From positions 5,920,001-5,984,000 of the forward strand of contig OY761556.1 in NCBI GenBank assembly GCA_963664705.1: a stretch of 64,000 nucleotides of DNA, read 5' to 3'. The DNA is from Acidobacteriota bacterium (GTDB lineage Bacteria > Acidobacteriota > UBA6911). Positions 9,717-20,696 of the stretch are shown here, piece after piece. The notes beneath the pieces are model-generated. The model made no database searches, was not told the origin of the DNA, and saw only the letters and a list, made by a program, of their open reading frames with translations. The position numbers and the translations under genes are program-made. Every line of letters starts with the position of its first letter. Position 1 is the stretch's first letter.

Positions 9717-10880
9717 TAGATTAAATCCTAGGTTTATATTCTTTCCTGCTTCTGGGAAGCACGTTGGTTCCTGAACCATCCCAGGCTGGTTGTTGATTAG
9801 TTTTTGTATTTGAACCGCGAAGACCTCGAAGACCGCAAAGAATTATTGGATCATTTTGCTGCTGGGCAATGAGATAGAGAGATGGATAGGAAAGAAGTTG
9901 AGCATCATATTGTCGATTCCGCGGTGCCTAATGTATGAAGCATCAAGGATGGAATCCAGCGCATGATCTGGCGAGAACGATAACCGCAAAACCTGCAATA
10001 ATATTTTCCTTCGCGGTCTTTGAGGTCTTCGCGGTTAATGGGGTTACTGATTCGGCCAAGTCAGGGGACAAAACACGAGCAAATCTTCCCGGTTCAAATT
10101 CGTAGTAGATTAAATCCTAGGTTTATATTCTTTCCTGCTTCTGGGAAGCACGTTGGTTCCGGAACCATCCCAGGCTGGTTATTGATTAGTTTTTATATTT
10201 GAACCGCGAAGACCTCGAAGACCGCAAAGAATTATTGGATCATTTTTGCTGCCGGGCAATGAGATAGAGAGATGGATAGGAAAGAAGTTGAGCATCATAT
10301 TGTCGATTCCGCGGTGCCTAATGTATGAAGCATCAAGGATGGAATCCAGCGCATGATCTGGCGAGAACGATAACCGCAAAACCTGCAATAATATTTTCCT
10401 TCGCGGTCTTTGAGGTCTTCGCGGTTAATGGGGTTACTGATTCGGCCAAGTCAGGGGACAAAACACGAGCAAATCTTCCCGGTTCAAATTCGTAGTAGAT
10501 TAAATCCTAGGTTTATATTCTTTCCTGCTTCTGGGAAGCACGTTGGTTCCGGAACCATCCCAGGCTGGTTGTTGATTAGTTTTTGTATTTGAACCGCGAA
10601 GACCTCGAAGACCGCAAAGAATTATTGGATCATTTTGCTGCCGGGCAATGAGATAGAGAGATGGATAGGAAAGAAGTTGAGCATCATATTGTCGATTCCG
10701 CGGTGCCTAATGTATGAAGCATCAAGGATGGAATCCAGCGCATGATCTGGCGAGAACGATAACCGCAAAACCTGCAAAAATATTTTCCTTCGCGGTCTTT
10801 GAGGTCTTCGCGGTTAATGGGATTACTGATTTGGCCAAGTCAGGGGACAAAACACGAGCAAATCTTCCCGGTTCAAATTC
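9678..10880. repeat. Tandem repeat, 3 near-identical units of 389/390/389 bp plus the start of a fourth
   Basis: GACAAAACACGAGCAAATCTTCCCGGTTCAAATTC starts at 9678, 10067, 10457 and 10846; units differ by a few SNPs and one T indel; a degenerate continuation runs to about 11005. Confidence 0.97.
9813..10036. mobile_element. MITE-like unit with ~30-bp inverted repeats enclosing a GxxExxY-like gene remnant (repeated in each tandem unit)
   Basis: Left AACCGCGAAGACCTCGAAGACCGCAAAG; right end reverse-complements to AACCGCGAAGACCTCAAAGACCGCGAAG; interior 9882-9983 reads MDRKEVEHHIVDSAVPNV*SIKDGIQRMIWRER*. Confidence 0.55.
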
Positions 10881-11023
10881 ATAGAGAATAAATCCCGGAA
10901 GTCGGAGCCCCCTGGGAGCGCAGCTTCCATATTCCCTGGCCCATATTCTTCCCTGCTTCTGGGAAGCACTTTGGTTTCCGGACCATCCTGGGCTGGTTCT
11001 TGGCTGAGTCCAGGCGGCTAGCC

Positions 11024-14000
11024 TCATCCACGCCGTTTTTTCATAACCCGGCGAATTGCCCATCCGATACCATCGGGCTGTACAGGTTTCTCCACAAATT
11101 CAGTAATTCCCTCGAGCGTTCCTCTAACTTCGCGCGCGGATTTGGCAAAGCCGCTGCACAGCACTAATGGAATGGTCGGCCGCAGTTCATAAATCAGGTG
11201 AGCCAGATCTGTGCCCGTCATTTTGGGCATCGTCAAATCGGTTACGATCACGTCAAAATCATCCGGGTGAAGTTGAAAGTAGTTCGCCGCTTCCAAGGCA
11301 TCGGAGAAGGCCGTCACTTTATAGCCGAATCGTTGCAGCCCCGTCTGATTAATCTCCACAATTGCTTTTTCATCGTCCACGAAAAGGACGCGTTCTGTGC
11401 CCGAGGGAATCATGGCTGTGTCCGTATCCGGCGATTCTGACTCTGCGTTGATACAGATGGGGAAAAACAGGTCAAATCTTGTTCCTTTGCCCAACTCACT
11501 CGAGACGCTGATGGCACCCGCATGTTGGCCGATAATGCTATGAACAATGGCGAGTCCCAATCCGGTCCCTTCGCCGGGTTTTTTGGTAGTAAAATAGGGT
11601 TCGTAAATTCTTTGCAAAGTTGCCTCGCTCATGCCGCTCCCGTTGTCGCTCACGCCAATCACTGCGTGCATGCCCGGTTTCAGAGGAGGATGCGCTGAGG
11701 CCTCGCGGGAAGACAGATTTCTTTCCTCGAGGGAAATTTCGATTTGGCCGCCGGTCTCTCGCAATGCATGATAAGCATTGGTGGTAAGGTTCAGAAGCAC
11801 CTGATGGATCTGAGTGGCATCTGCCAGTACCGGGCCACACGATGAAGCCAGCCGGTGTTTTATCTCGATATTCGCAGGGATTGAGGCTCGCAGCAGGGTT
11901 AGTACCTCCGTGATAATCGTCGGAAGCCTCAGCGGCTGTTTTTCCCCCTCGGTTTGTCGACTGAAAGTAAGGATCTGTTTGACCAAATCTTTTGCTCGTG
12001 TACATGCCTTCAGTATTCCGCCAACCTCCGCTTTGACGTTTTCATCATCCGGCGCATCTCCCTGGATTAGTTGGGAAAAGCCTATGACGACACTCAGAAT
12101 GTTATTGAAGTCGTGAGCAATGCCGCCGGCCAGTGTGCCGATTGCCTCCATTTTCTGAACATGGCGCAATTGTGCTTCGAGTTGTTTGCGTTCGGTCACA
12201 TCTCGAGCGATGCTGTGAAGATATTGCTTGCCATCGATAAGCACACGGTGATGTCCGAATTCCATGTCCAATCTCCGGCCATCTTTTGTATAGATCACAG
12301 TCTCGTCCAGTATGTCCTCGCCGGATAGAACTCGACGCTGGATTTCCTCGAACCTGACAAGATTGGTATCTCTATTCAAATCCGGGCCCCGCATGGTCAG
12401 CAGTTCATCCTTTGAATAGCCGGTCATTCTGACGGCCGCTTCGTTCACATCCATAATCATCGAATTGGCATCACTGATCATGATTGCGTCCCGTGATCCC
12501 TCAAAAATCGCCTTCTGCCAGTCCATTGCCTTCCGACGCTCTTCCTCCGCATTTTTTCTCTCCGTGATATCGCGGTCTATCCCGCGATACCCGGAAAAAT
12601 TGCCTTGCGCATCCCAAATAGGAACTCCGTTTGTTTCGAGCACAACCTCCCGCCCATCTTTGTGCAGGTTGATATTCTGCAATCCCGAGAAGGGAAGACG
12701 GGAGCTTTTGAATACCTTCAATAGCAGAGATACCCGGTACGCTTCTTCCACAGGCATCAAGTCGAATGGGCTTTTTCCAATCACTGCTTCAGGTTCATAT
12801 CCCAAGAGGTCCTTTATCTTGGGGCTCACATAGGTGTAGATCCCGTCCGCATTCACTTCCCATACCAGGTCACTGGTGGTCTCCACGAGAGCTCGGAATT
12901 GTCGTTCTCTATACCGCAAAGCCTCCTCAATCTCTCGGCGGTCTGTAATATCACTCAGTGCCCAAATTGAACCTTCCTCCAGGTTCCCTGAGAGTGCCTG
13001 TCCTGTAAGGCTGCACCAAATGAGGGAGGCATTCTTTTTCCTCATGGGGGTTTCAATGGTATAGGGTAGTCCCTTTGCGAGTTGGGGATACCCATCCTCC
13101 TGAACCCGGAGATAGTCTTCAGAGTTTGAATACAAAATCAAAGTGTCCTGGCCGGTCAATTCCTCTGCCGCATAGCCGAATATCTCCGCAAAAGCAGGAT
13201 TTACCCACTGTATTTTCCTGTTTTTCAAATGACATATCCCCATGCTTATGGTGTTGAGGATCGTTCTTTGTTCATTTGCGAGCTGCCGGACCTGTTCCAT
13301 CGTATGCTTGTGTTCCGTGATATCGAGATGCACTCCCATGGTACGATGAGGTTTGCCGGAGGAATCCCGGGAGACAAGCTTTCCACGATCAAGAACCCAG
13401 ACCCAGGATCCCGATTTGTTTCGGATTCGATATTCCGCGCTATAGTGTTCCGTTTTCCCATTCAGATGATTGGAGGCAGCTCTCTCGACCTCCTGCAGAT
13501 CATCAGGATGGATGAGTGCATTGAAATTCTGCAGTGTCGGCTCAAACTCTCCGGGCTGGTAACCCAGATTTTCCAGCCATCCTTCGCGGTCAATGACCTC
13601 GCCGGTTTGATTATTCAGATCCCAGCTGGACATACCTGCGGCTTCAAGAGCAAGCTTAAGTCTCTCCCTGGATTCATTGGCTATGGCCTCGGCCCTTTTG
13701 CGCTTGGAAATGTCTCGAATATTCATCACCACGCCTTTAACCCCCGGATCCTGGAGCAGGTTGGAACCCACTGCCTCGAGATGCACCCAGTTTCCGTTAC
13801 TATGTCGATAGCGATATTCATACCTGGCAAGCCCGTTCGGTTGCTTCATTACTTCGCCCAAAGCTATTATCGCGCCCTCCCGATCGTCCGGGTGAATACG
13901 ATCAACTCCAACCGAGCCGATCAACTCCTCGGGCTTGAATCCCACAATTCTTTCGATGGGGCCGCTTATATCGGTCAAAATGCTCGTTTCATCAACTATG

Positions 14001-14590
14001 GCGATGATGTCATTAGAGTATTGAACCAAGCGTTTGAATCGTTCCTCGCTCGTCCTCAGAGCTTCTTCAGCTTGACGGCGCCTGGTGATATCAATGTGCA
14101 CACCTGCGACGAGCACCGGTTCTCCCGATGGATCGCGCTCGACAACCTTGCCCTTATCCAACACGTAAATCCACGATCCGGATTTGGCTCGGACCCTGTA
14201 TTCATCCTCGTAAAAAGGGATTATTCCTTTGGAATGAGCCGCAAATGTCCGGCCCATACGCGGGGTATCCTCGGGATGGATATAGGGACCCCAATGCAGA
14301 GTATCGGACTTGATTTCTCCCACCTCGTATCCAAGCATATTCAGCCAATGTTCATCGTCTCTTACTCTTCCGGTCTGAACATTCCACTCCCAAGTCCCCA
14401 TATCCGCCCCTTGCAGAATGAATGCCAGTCGCTCCTGGCTTTCCTTGGCAGCGGCTTCCGCCTGTTCGATCCGAATTTCATATTGACGGCGCTCCAATTC
14501 CAGGGTGCTGCTGAGTTCCTTGACCTCCCGGCGGAGCCGAAGGAGTTCATCGTTGATTTCAGCCGGTATTTTTTCGGTTTTTTTAGCCAT
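11024..14590 (-). CDS. Multi-PAS hybrid histidine kinase/response regulator
   Basis: About 6 PAS/PAC repeats, AGGIAHDFNN H-box, GTGLGL, C-terminal receiver. Confidence 0.95.
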   Translation of the reverse strand: MAKKTEKIPAEINDELLRLRREVKELSSTLELERRQYEIRIEQAEAAAKESQERLAFILQGADMGTWEWNVQTGRVRDDEHWLNMLGYEVGEIKSDTLHWGPYIHPEDTPRMGRTFAAHSKGIIPFYEDEYRVRAKSGSWIYVLDKGKVVERDPSGEPVLVAGVHIDITRRRQAEEALRTSEERFKRLVQYSNDIIAIVDETSILTDISGPIERIVGFKPEELIGSVGVDRIHPDDREGAIIALGEVMKQPNGLARYEYRYRHSNGNWVHLEAVGSNLLQDPGVKGVVMNIRDISKRKRAEAIANESRERLKLALEAAGMSSWDLNNQTGEVIDREGWLENLGYQPGEFEPTLQNFNALIHPDDLQEVERAASNHLNGKTEHYSAEYRIRNKSGSWVWVLDRGKLVSRDSSGKPHRTMGVHLDITEHKHTMEQVRQLANEQRTILNTISMGICHLKNRKIQWVNPAFAEIFGYAAEELTGQDTLILYSNSEDYLRVQEDGYPQLAKGLPYTIETPMRKKNASLIWCSLTGQALSGNLEEGSIWALSDITDRREIEEALRYRERQFRALVETTSDLVWEVNADGIYTYVSPKIKDLLGYEPEAVIGKSPFDLMPVEEAYRVSLLLKVFKSSRLPFSGLQNINLHKDGREVVLETNGVPIWDAQGNFSGYRGIDRDITERKNAEEERRKAMDWQKAIFEGSRDAIMISDANSMIMDVNEAAVRMTGYSKDELLTMRGPDLNRDTNLVRFEEIQRRVLSGEDILDETVIYTKDGRRLDMEFGHHRVLIDGKQYLHSIARDVTERKQLEAQLRHVQKMEAIGTLAGGIAHDFNNILSVVIGFSQLIQGDAPDDENVKAEVGGILKACTRAKDLVKQILTFSRQTEGEKQPLRLPTIITEVLTLLRASIPANIEIKHRLASSCGPVLADATQIHQVLLNLTTNAYHALRETGGQIEISLEERNLSSREASAHPPLKPGMHAVIGVSDNGSGMSEATLQRIYEPYFTTKKPGEGTGLGLAIVHSIIGQHAGAISVSSELGKGTRFDLFFPICINAESESPDTDTAMIPSGTERVLFVDDEKAIVEINQTGLQRFGYKVTAFSDALEAANYFQLHPDDFDVIVTDLTMPKMTGTDLAHLIYELRPTIPLVLCSGFAKSAREVRGTLEGITEFVEKPVQPDGIGWAIRRVMKKRRG

Positions 14591-14768
14591 GAACCCTTCT
14601 TCCGCTCAAAATTTGATGATTAAGCCGGGTGCCACGCATCTTCAGTGCGTCTGTTTGGATAGACATTTTATGTCAATTGGCCGAAAGGCTCGAATGGATT
14701 TGCAATGGGGCTGAGTTTGGAGCCCACTGGGAGCCCAGTAGTTTATGAGGCCAGGCCTGATGAATGCG

Positions 14769-17700
14769 CTAGTCAGCCGATTTGGCTAAGTGAGCTTTGC
14801 TCGGGGACTGAATGCTTTTCCGTATGGCGTCGATCAGCACCTCTGCCTGTCCGCTCTTTGTCAGATAATTCACCGTCCCCGCGTCCCGCATGGCTTGAGC
14901 CCGCTCGATGTCCTCGAACATGGATAACCCTATGATACGGACATCAGGCAACTGATGGCGGATAGCTCGCGTCGCTTCAACGCCACTCAGCTTGGGCATG
15001 CTGACATCCATCAGGATTACATCAGGCAGAAACCTGGCGGCAAGCTCTACCGCCTCCTGTCCATCCGCGGCTTGAGCAACGACCTCGATGTCCGGTTCAT
15101 CGGCCAGGAGATTGGCAATTCCCTGTCGTACGACCGCGTGATCATCGGCAAGCATTACGCGGATTTTGTGTACTGCCTCAGGATATTGAGGCGTCGTCGG
15201 TCGCGATGATGACACAACCGAACGGGACTGTGGCCCGGGTTCGTTCGCTCCCTGAGCAGTAATCGGCACACATAGGACAAATCGGCTCCCCCGGCCGGGT
15301 TCACTCTGAATCTCCAGCTTGCCGCCCACATACTGAAGGCGCTCCTGGATACTGAGCAGCCCAAAACCCCTGCTCCCCTCTCCGGGCAGAAGCATATCCG
15401 GATCAAAACCGGTCCCCTGATCGGAAACTGTTACCTGAAGCAAGCCCCCCAACTGCCGCAGATTGACTACGGCCGATCGCACCTGGGCATGTTTGACGAT
15501 GTTGAATAACAGCTCGCGGACTGATTGGAACAATAGTATCCTCAGATCTTCGGGAAGCGGTCCGCATTCATTCAACTCGAGATTCACAAAGAGTCCCTGG
15601 GTGTCGGCCATCCGCCTGGCGAGCCACTGCAGTCCTTCATTCAACCCCGCTTCGTGCAGAATGGGCGGACTCAATTCGGCAGTCAGCGAGCGCGATGTGC
15701 TGATGGATTCATCAAGCAATTCCTCCACCTCTTTGGCGGCCTGTTTTACCAGGTCGTCGCCACCACGTCCCAGAAGCGCCAATCGAAACTTGGCTGCAAC
15801 CAGGATCTGCTGCAGGTGATCATGCAGCAGGTTGGCCAAGCGACTCCTCTCGCGCTGCTCTGCCAAAGTCAATTCACCCGCAAGGGCCCGGAGCTGCGCT
15901 GCCCGCCTTTCGAGGTCTCCATTGGCCTGCCGAAGTGCCTCTTCCGCGAGTTTGAGGTCTTCAATATCCGTGCAAGTCCCAAACCACTTCACGGCCTCGC
16001 CATTGCCATCGAAAACCGGGACGCCGCGAATCAACCACCAGCGATAAGCACCATCGGCCCGGCGCAGCCTGCATTCCAGCGAATAGGAAGCCAGGTTGGT
16101 AACCGCGTTTTGCCAGGCATCCCAGGCACGCTGTTTATCCTCAGGGTGAAAGGGTATGTTCCATCCGTGGCCACAGCTTTCTTCCAGGCTGAGACCTGTG
16201 TACTCGACCCATTGGTGATTGAAGTAGGTATTCCATCCATCAGGCTGCGTGGTCCAGACGATCTGAGGAATAGCTTCAGCAAGCAGTCGAAATTCCCTTT
16301 CACTGATGGCCACCACTTCCGCAGCCTTCTGCGCCTCCTCCATTTGCTTGCGGGAGGTTATGTCCCGGTTTGTTTCCAGGATTCGCCTGATGCCGTCACT
16401 GCCATGAATGACCTGATGACGGGCCAAAACAATGACCTCCTGGCCATTCTTGGTGCGGTGCCGCAATTCTCCCTGCCAGTTTCCGGAGGAATGCAGAATG
16501 TTTTCGATTTCCAGCCACGGGATTGGAAAGATTGTCTGCAGCAGTTTGTGCGTGGTGCGCCCGATGGCTTCATCCGCAGTAAAACCGTAAAGGTCTTCTG
16601 CGCCCTGATTCCAGAACTCAATGCCTCCCTCATGCCGCCAGACGATGATGGCATCAAAAGAAAGCCGCAGCATCTTCGCCTGCTGGGCAATGATTCCCTC
16701 GGCTCGTTTGTGGTCGGTGATGTCGTTGTAGGTGCAGATCATCACTCCCATTTGATTGTCGCTTCCGAACAAGGGCTCGGCGCTGACCAGCATCCATTTG
16801 AGATCTTCTTTCATGGGCGACTTGACGGCCACGAGCTCGTTTCGGACAGCTCTGCCCGTTCTCGCCGCCCGGCGGACCGGATGCTCATCGACATGCAGCA
16901 GTTCTCCAAGCTCGTTGAACACCTGCCATTGGCTCCAGTCCCGGTCATTGACGCTTTTGATGCTCGATTCGTTGGGCAAATCGAACAGCTGGAGAAAGGC
17001 GGGGTTTACTATCGAGAAGCGCCCATGCTCATCAATCAACGCTACGGCTGAAATAATATTATCCGTAAGTATCTTGAACCGATTGCGGCTTTCGCTCAGT
17101 GCCTCCTCGGTCCGCTTCCGTTCGGTTATATCGCGCGCAGTGCCGACAAGCCCGATTACTTGTCCCTTTGTGTTGCAATAGGGCGCCTTGCTGGAGAGAT
17201 AGATGCGCGTTCCAGCCGGATTGGTAGCGACTTCCTCAACAACCTCTGCCTTGCCGGACTTCATGATGCGCCGATCGTTTTCCATGATGGCTAAACCCTC
17301 GGCTGGATTGTCGTAGAACTCAGCGTCCGTTTTGCCGATGCAGACTTCGGCTGGTTTGCCGATGATGGCCAATGTTGCCGGATTGGCCAGAATCAATCGG
17401 CCGAGTTGATCTTTAAGGTAGATTGCGTCCGGCGTGGCATTCAATACAGCCTTCACCATTGCTTCGTTCTCGCGCCACTCGGCCTCCGCTTGCCTGCGCT
17501 CCGTGATATCAATATCCATCTCGAGAATCAGAGGGGATCCGTCCGAATCGGTAAAGGGGAAGTCGTAGGCGTCGATAATGGCGCTTCCATCCGGAGAAGT
17601 GAATTCCCAGTGATGTGGCTGGCCGGTTTTCAACGGCACAAAGGATTCGCAGAAGGAACAAGGCTTATCGTACCCGCAGCAGTATTGATAGCAGCGCCGT

Positions 17701-17894
17701 CCGTTCGATTCGCCAAATTTTTTCCGGAAAGCCCGGTTGGCGAAGGCAACCTGGTAGTCCGGCGTCCGCAGGCAAACCATCACCGGCAGGGTTTCCAATA
17801 CATCAAACAGCAAGCCGCGATCAGTCCCATTGACATCGTGCCTTGTGGGACGCGGGCCTTTCTCTATTTTCCTGGCAATGGGTTTCCTGGGCAT
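14769..17894 (-). CDS. Multi-PAS hybrid kinase, HisKA_3 (NarX-like) with C-terminal receiver
   Basis: ERSRLANLLHDHLQQ H-box, GFGLLSIQER, receiver ADDHAVVRQG; Cys-rich first PAS. Confidence 0.93.
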   Translation of the reverse strand: MPRKPIARKIEKGPRPTRHDVNGTDRGLLFDVLETLPVMVCLRTPDYQVAFANRAFRKKFGESNGRRCYQYCCGYDKPCSFCESFVPLKTGQPHHWEFTSPDGSAIIDAYDFPFTDSDGSPLILEMDIDITERRQAEAEWRENEAMVKAVLNATPDAIYLKDQLGRLILANPATLAIIGKPAEVCIGKTDAEFYDNPAEGLAIMENDRRIMKSGKAEVVEEVATNPAGTRIYLSSKAPYCNTKGQVIGLVGTARDITERKRTEEALSESRNRFKILTDNIISAVALIDEHGRFSIVNPAFLQLFDLPNESSIKSVNDRDWSQWQVFNELGELLHVDEHPVRRAARTGRAVRNELVAVKSPMKEDLKWMLVSAEPLFGSDNQMGVMICTYNDITDHKRAEGIIAQQAKMLRLSFDAIIVWRHEGGIEFWNQGAEDLYGFTADEAIGRTTHKLLQTIFPIPWLEIENILHSSGNWQGELRHRTKNGQEVIVLARHQVIHGSDGIRRILETNRDITSRKQMEEAQKAAEVVAISEREFRLLAEAIPQIVWTTQPDGWNTYFNHQWVEYTGLSLEESCGHGWNIPFHPEDKQRAWDAWQNAVTNLASYSLECRLRRADGAYRWWLIRGVPVFDGNGEAVKWFGTCTDIEDLKLAEEALRQANGDLERRAAQLRALAGELTLAEQRERSRLANLLHDHLQQILVAAKFRLALLGRGGDDLVKQAAKEVEELLDESISTSRSLTAELSPPILHEAGLNEGLQWLARRMADTQGLFVNLELNECGPLPEDLRILLFQSVRELLFNIVKHAQVRSAVVNLRQLGGLLQVTVSDQGTGFDPDMLLPGEGSRGFGLLSIQERLQYVGGKLEIQSEPGRGSRFVLCVPITAQGANEPGPQSRSVVSSSRPTTPQYPEAVHKIRVMLADDHAVVRQGIANLLADEPDIEVVAQAADGQEAVELAARFLPDVILMDVSMPKLSGVEATRAIRHQLPDVRIIGLSMFEDIERAQAMRDAGTVNYLTKSGQAEVLIDAIRKSIQSPSKAHLAKSAD

Positions 17895-18098
17895 AACTAT
17901 TCCAATGAGGGAAATGAGCCACAGCCGAGGGGGGGGGGTAGGCTGTGCAAACTTTGAATAACCTATTCTATCTTAAAGTCAGGCTCTTTTATGGAAAATT
18001 AAGCATGCAGCGGATTTCAGGTGCACCTATTGATCGGCAGTGAACAGTCCTGCCATTGCCTCTATCATATCCGTGGGCCTATGCTTGGCACGGATGCG

Positions 18099-18923
18099 CT
18101 AAAGCAAATGGGAGTTGATGGACGCCAATTGCCATTTCGTACGCGTATAGGCACTCCGGAATCCATTGCGCTCGGCATTGCGCTGGGACTCGCTGCCTGC
18201 CTCTGCCACAATGGATGCCAGATCGCACCCGTGCTCAAAAGCATAGTTCAGGCGTGCTCGCAGAAGCGCTGACTGCAATCCGCGATGGCGCAGTTCTGGA
18301 ATTGTCGCCGCTCCCCCAAACAGGGCGACTCGCTCATGCGGGGACAGCAGTCCTGCCGCGCCGGGTTTTCCCTCAAATTCGGCAAGAAAGTACACACTGT
18401 TTTTCCGCGCGGAAGATAGCCTTCCGAATTGGCTGAAGAACTCCAGAAGTTCAGGATGATCGCTCGTCCATCCCCTGATGCTTATATCCGTCCACAGTTC
18501 CATCTCGTCGGGCTCAACAATGCGAACACGGATATGGCGGTTTGGCTCCTGCAACGGCTGTTCAATTGGCTGATATAGCACGCTGCTTATTTCAATGGGC
18601 CGGTAGTTCCGCGCGCATAGCAAATCCAAGGCGGCAACACCGGCCATTGGACTCACCTCGTGAAAAACGGCAGTCCCGCGCTCCAGGAAAAAGCGCTCAA
18701 GCGTATCCAGCGTTTCCGCGTTCAGGTCTTCAAACAACCCCAACCCAAAAGTCTGGGTAATAGGTGAGTCGGCGCCGTCGAAAGCAGCGTAGGCTCCTCC
18801 GCATTCGATCCACGCGGCTCCGCTTTCCGGGAAGAGTCTCTGCCTGGCCTCCACGAATTCGATGCATGCGCGCCCTTCGGCGCGTTCCAAACGTCTGGCG
18901 AGGTGGATGTCTGAATGTATCAT
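18099..18923 (-). CDS. GNAT family N-acetyltransferase
   Basis: C-terminal ATIPELRHRGLQSALL acetyl-CoA motif, SQRNAERNGF. Confidence 0.8.
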   Translation of the reverse strand: MIHSDIHLARRLERAEGRACIEFVEARQRLFPESGAAWIECGGAYAAFDGADSPITQTFGLGLFEDLNAETLDTLERFFLERGTAVFHEVSPMAGVAALDLLCARNYRPIEISSVLYQPIEQPLQEPNRHIRVRIVEPDEMELWTDISIRGWTSDHPELLEFFSQFGRLSSARKNSVYFLAEFEGKPGAAGLLSPHERVALFGGAATIPELRHRGLQSALLRARLNYAFEHGCDLASIVAEAGSESQRNAERNGFRSAYTRTKWQLASINSHLL

Positions 18924-19284
18924 TGATGTATTCTACATGCCTCAACCGTGATTTCACTTAGATTCGCGCAGAAGTCATCACTCCCATCGGGGCAACTTTG
19001 ACCACTCGGCGCTGGACGGATTGATGGCAGCCCGGAGGCTGCATATGGAATCGCAGGTCCGTTTATCCAATGCTGTGTTGCCCCGGTTGTCTCCCATAAT
19101 TCAAAGAAGCCGGTTTGCCTGTTTTGCGAAACAGTCCGGGATGCTTAGAATTTATTAAGATGGCTAATAGCATTATTAGAATTCATGTCAGGAAGTCTTG
19201 ACCTGCGACATTCCTATATCGTAAATAAATGTACCACAATGTGGTGAGTAGGCTGTGTTTCATTGGATTAGTTAGAGGAAATAT

Positions 19285-19755
19285 ATGGATCGACCTTCAG
19301 TACTAAGGCTTGTGATCACAATTATTGCTCTCATTTTCGTCATAGGGATCAATATGGCTGCGGATGATCCGTTTCTCGGCACATGGAAAATCAACACAGC
19401 CAAATCAAAATTGGCTTCAGTGCCTAAGAGTGACAAGGCAACAATCCAGGCTACTGATAACGGGTTGAAGGTGGTAAGAGACAACATTGAAGCAAACGGG
19501 AAGGCTACCCATACGGAAAACATTTATCGGTTTGATGGCCGGGGATACGCAGACGCTACGGACTCTGAATTGTTAACAGCCTGCAATAAAATTGATGTGA
19601 ACAGCTTTCTCTGCATTGCCAGGAAGAATGGGAAAGAAGTGTACCGGCTTTATGACTCCATCTCTAATGACGGCAAAATGGGGACCATAATTTTCCACAA
19701 CCAAAGCAGCAATGGTCAGGATGCTCTTGGCATTCGGGTGTACGACAAGCAATAA
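19285..19755 (+). CDS. Hypothetical secreted beta-barrel (lipocalin-like) protein
   Basis: Signal peptide, DPFLGTWKINTAKS motif, ends VYDKQ. Confidence 0.7.
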   Translation: MDRPSVLRLVITIIALIFVIGINMAADDPFLGTWKINTAKSKLASVPKSDKATIQATDNGLKVVRDNIEANGKATHTENIYRFDGRGYADATDSELLTACNKIDVNSFLCIARKNGKEVYRLYDSISNDGKMGTIIFHNQSSNGQDALGIRVYDKQ

Positions 19756-19873
19756 GCCATAATTGGGAACCTGACCAGCCGAACTAGATACATTTTTCGA
19801 ATCGTGCCACGGCTGAATCTGCAATTTATCAGTATTGCTTGAATTTCAGGGGTGAGCAGGTAATTGCCTTCTT

Positions 19874-20355
19874 GCGCCCCTGCCGGGGCTCGTTTATTCC
19901 CTGATCAAGAACCAGGGGTTCGCTGCGCTCACCCCTGGCTACCTTCTATCGGGCCTCCGGCCCTGTTGCCTCTCTCGCGTCGCAGAACTCAGAACAATTA
20001 CTTTGTGGCATCAGCGCCATGCACGCAGCAGTGAGCCCCGGCTTAATATCAATAGCCGTGAAGGGGCGTTTTGGGGGAATTGCGCGCTGGGAGCACTGCC
20101 GTCCCGGCTGATGCTGCATACTATTTTGCAATCAAATCAGCCCCGGCGAGGGCGATCAGCAAGTAGCCAGGGGTGAGCGTAGCGAACCCCTGGAATAGGA
20201 CAGGAAAGGCGGAGCTCTGGCAGGGGTGAAAGCATGGTTTGCTCAACGCAAGAGCAGTTCATTGCGGATAACATTTCAGGAAGAATGCAGGGATCGGGAA
20301 CCTGGGGGTTCGCTACGCTTACCCCTGGCTACTCTCTATCGGACCTCCGGCCCTG
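19874..20355. repeat. Cluster of three GTAG-type REP-like palindromes
   Basis: Cores 19912-19942 (-), 20163-20193 (+, GTAGCCAGGGGTGAGCGTAGCGAACCCCTGG), 20301-20332 (-). Confidence 0.8.
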
Positions 20356-20696
20356 ACTAATCAGAGCCAATTCCGCACCATAAAATGGGGGCCGGCGCGG
20401 CCAATCAGCCTCGGGGATTATCGGTTGATGATGTCCGGAGGATCTCATATGCTAACGCAGAAAAACAACCGGTTGCATGCCCGCACATCGGGGGTTGAGG
20501 CTAATATAGGGCAAGTCCGGTCTCGATGGAGTGACGGCAGGCCCCTCATGGGCAGGCTTGCCTGCCGGATTCATAAACCGGGATGTGCACATAGGATTGG
20601 CTGGTTTCGGTGATTTCAACTACTGGGGTTCGACAACAGAAGAGTCTTGAGCGCGGCTCCGTGCATGCCGCAAAACGATAATCAGGAGTTCAATCG

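Noticed and set aside
9678-10880. Tandem repeat as a CRISPR array, or its 60-69 aa ORFs (10020, 10179, 10410) as genes
   Set aside because: Whole units are near-identical with no unique spacers and no cas genes. The ORFs are by-products of the repeat, and the equivalent frame in unit 1 is broken.
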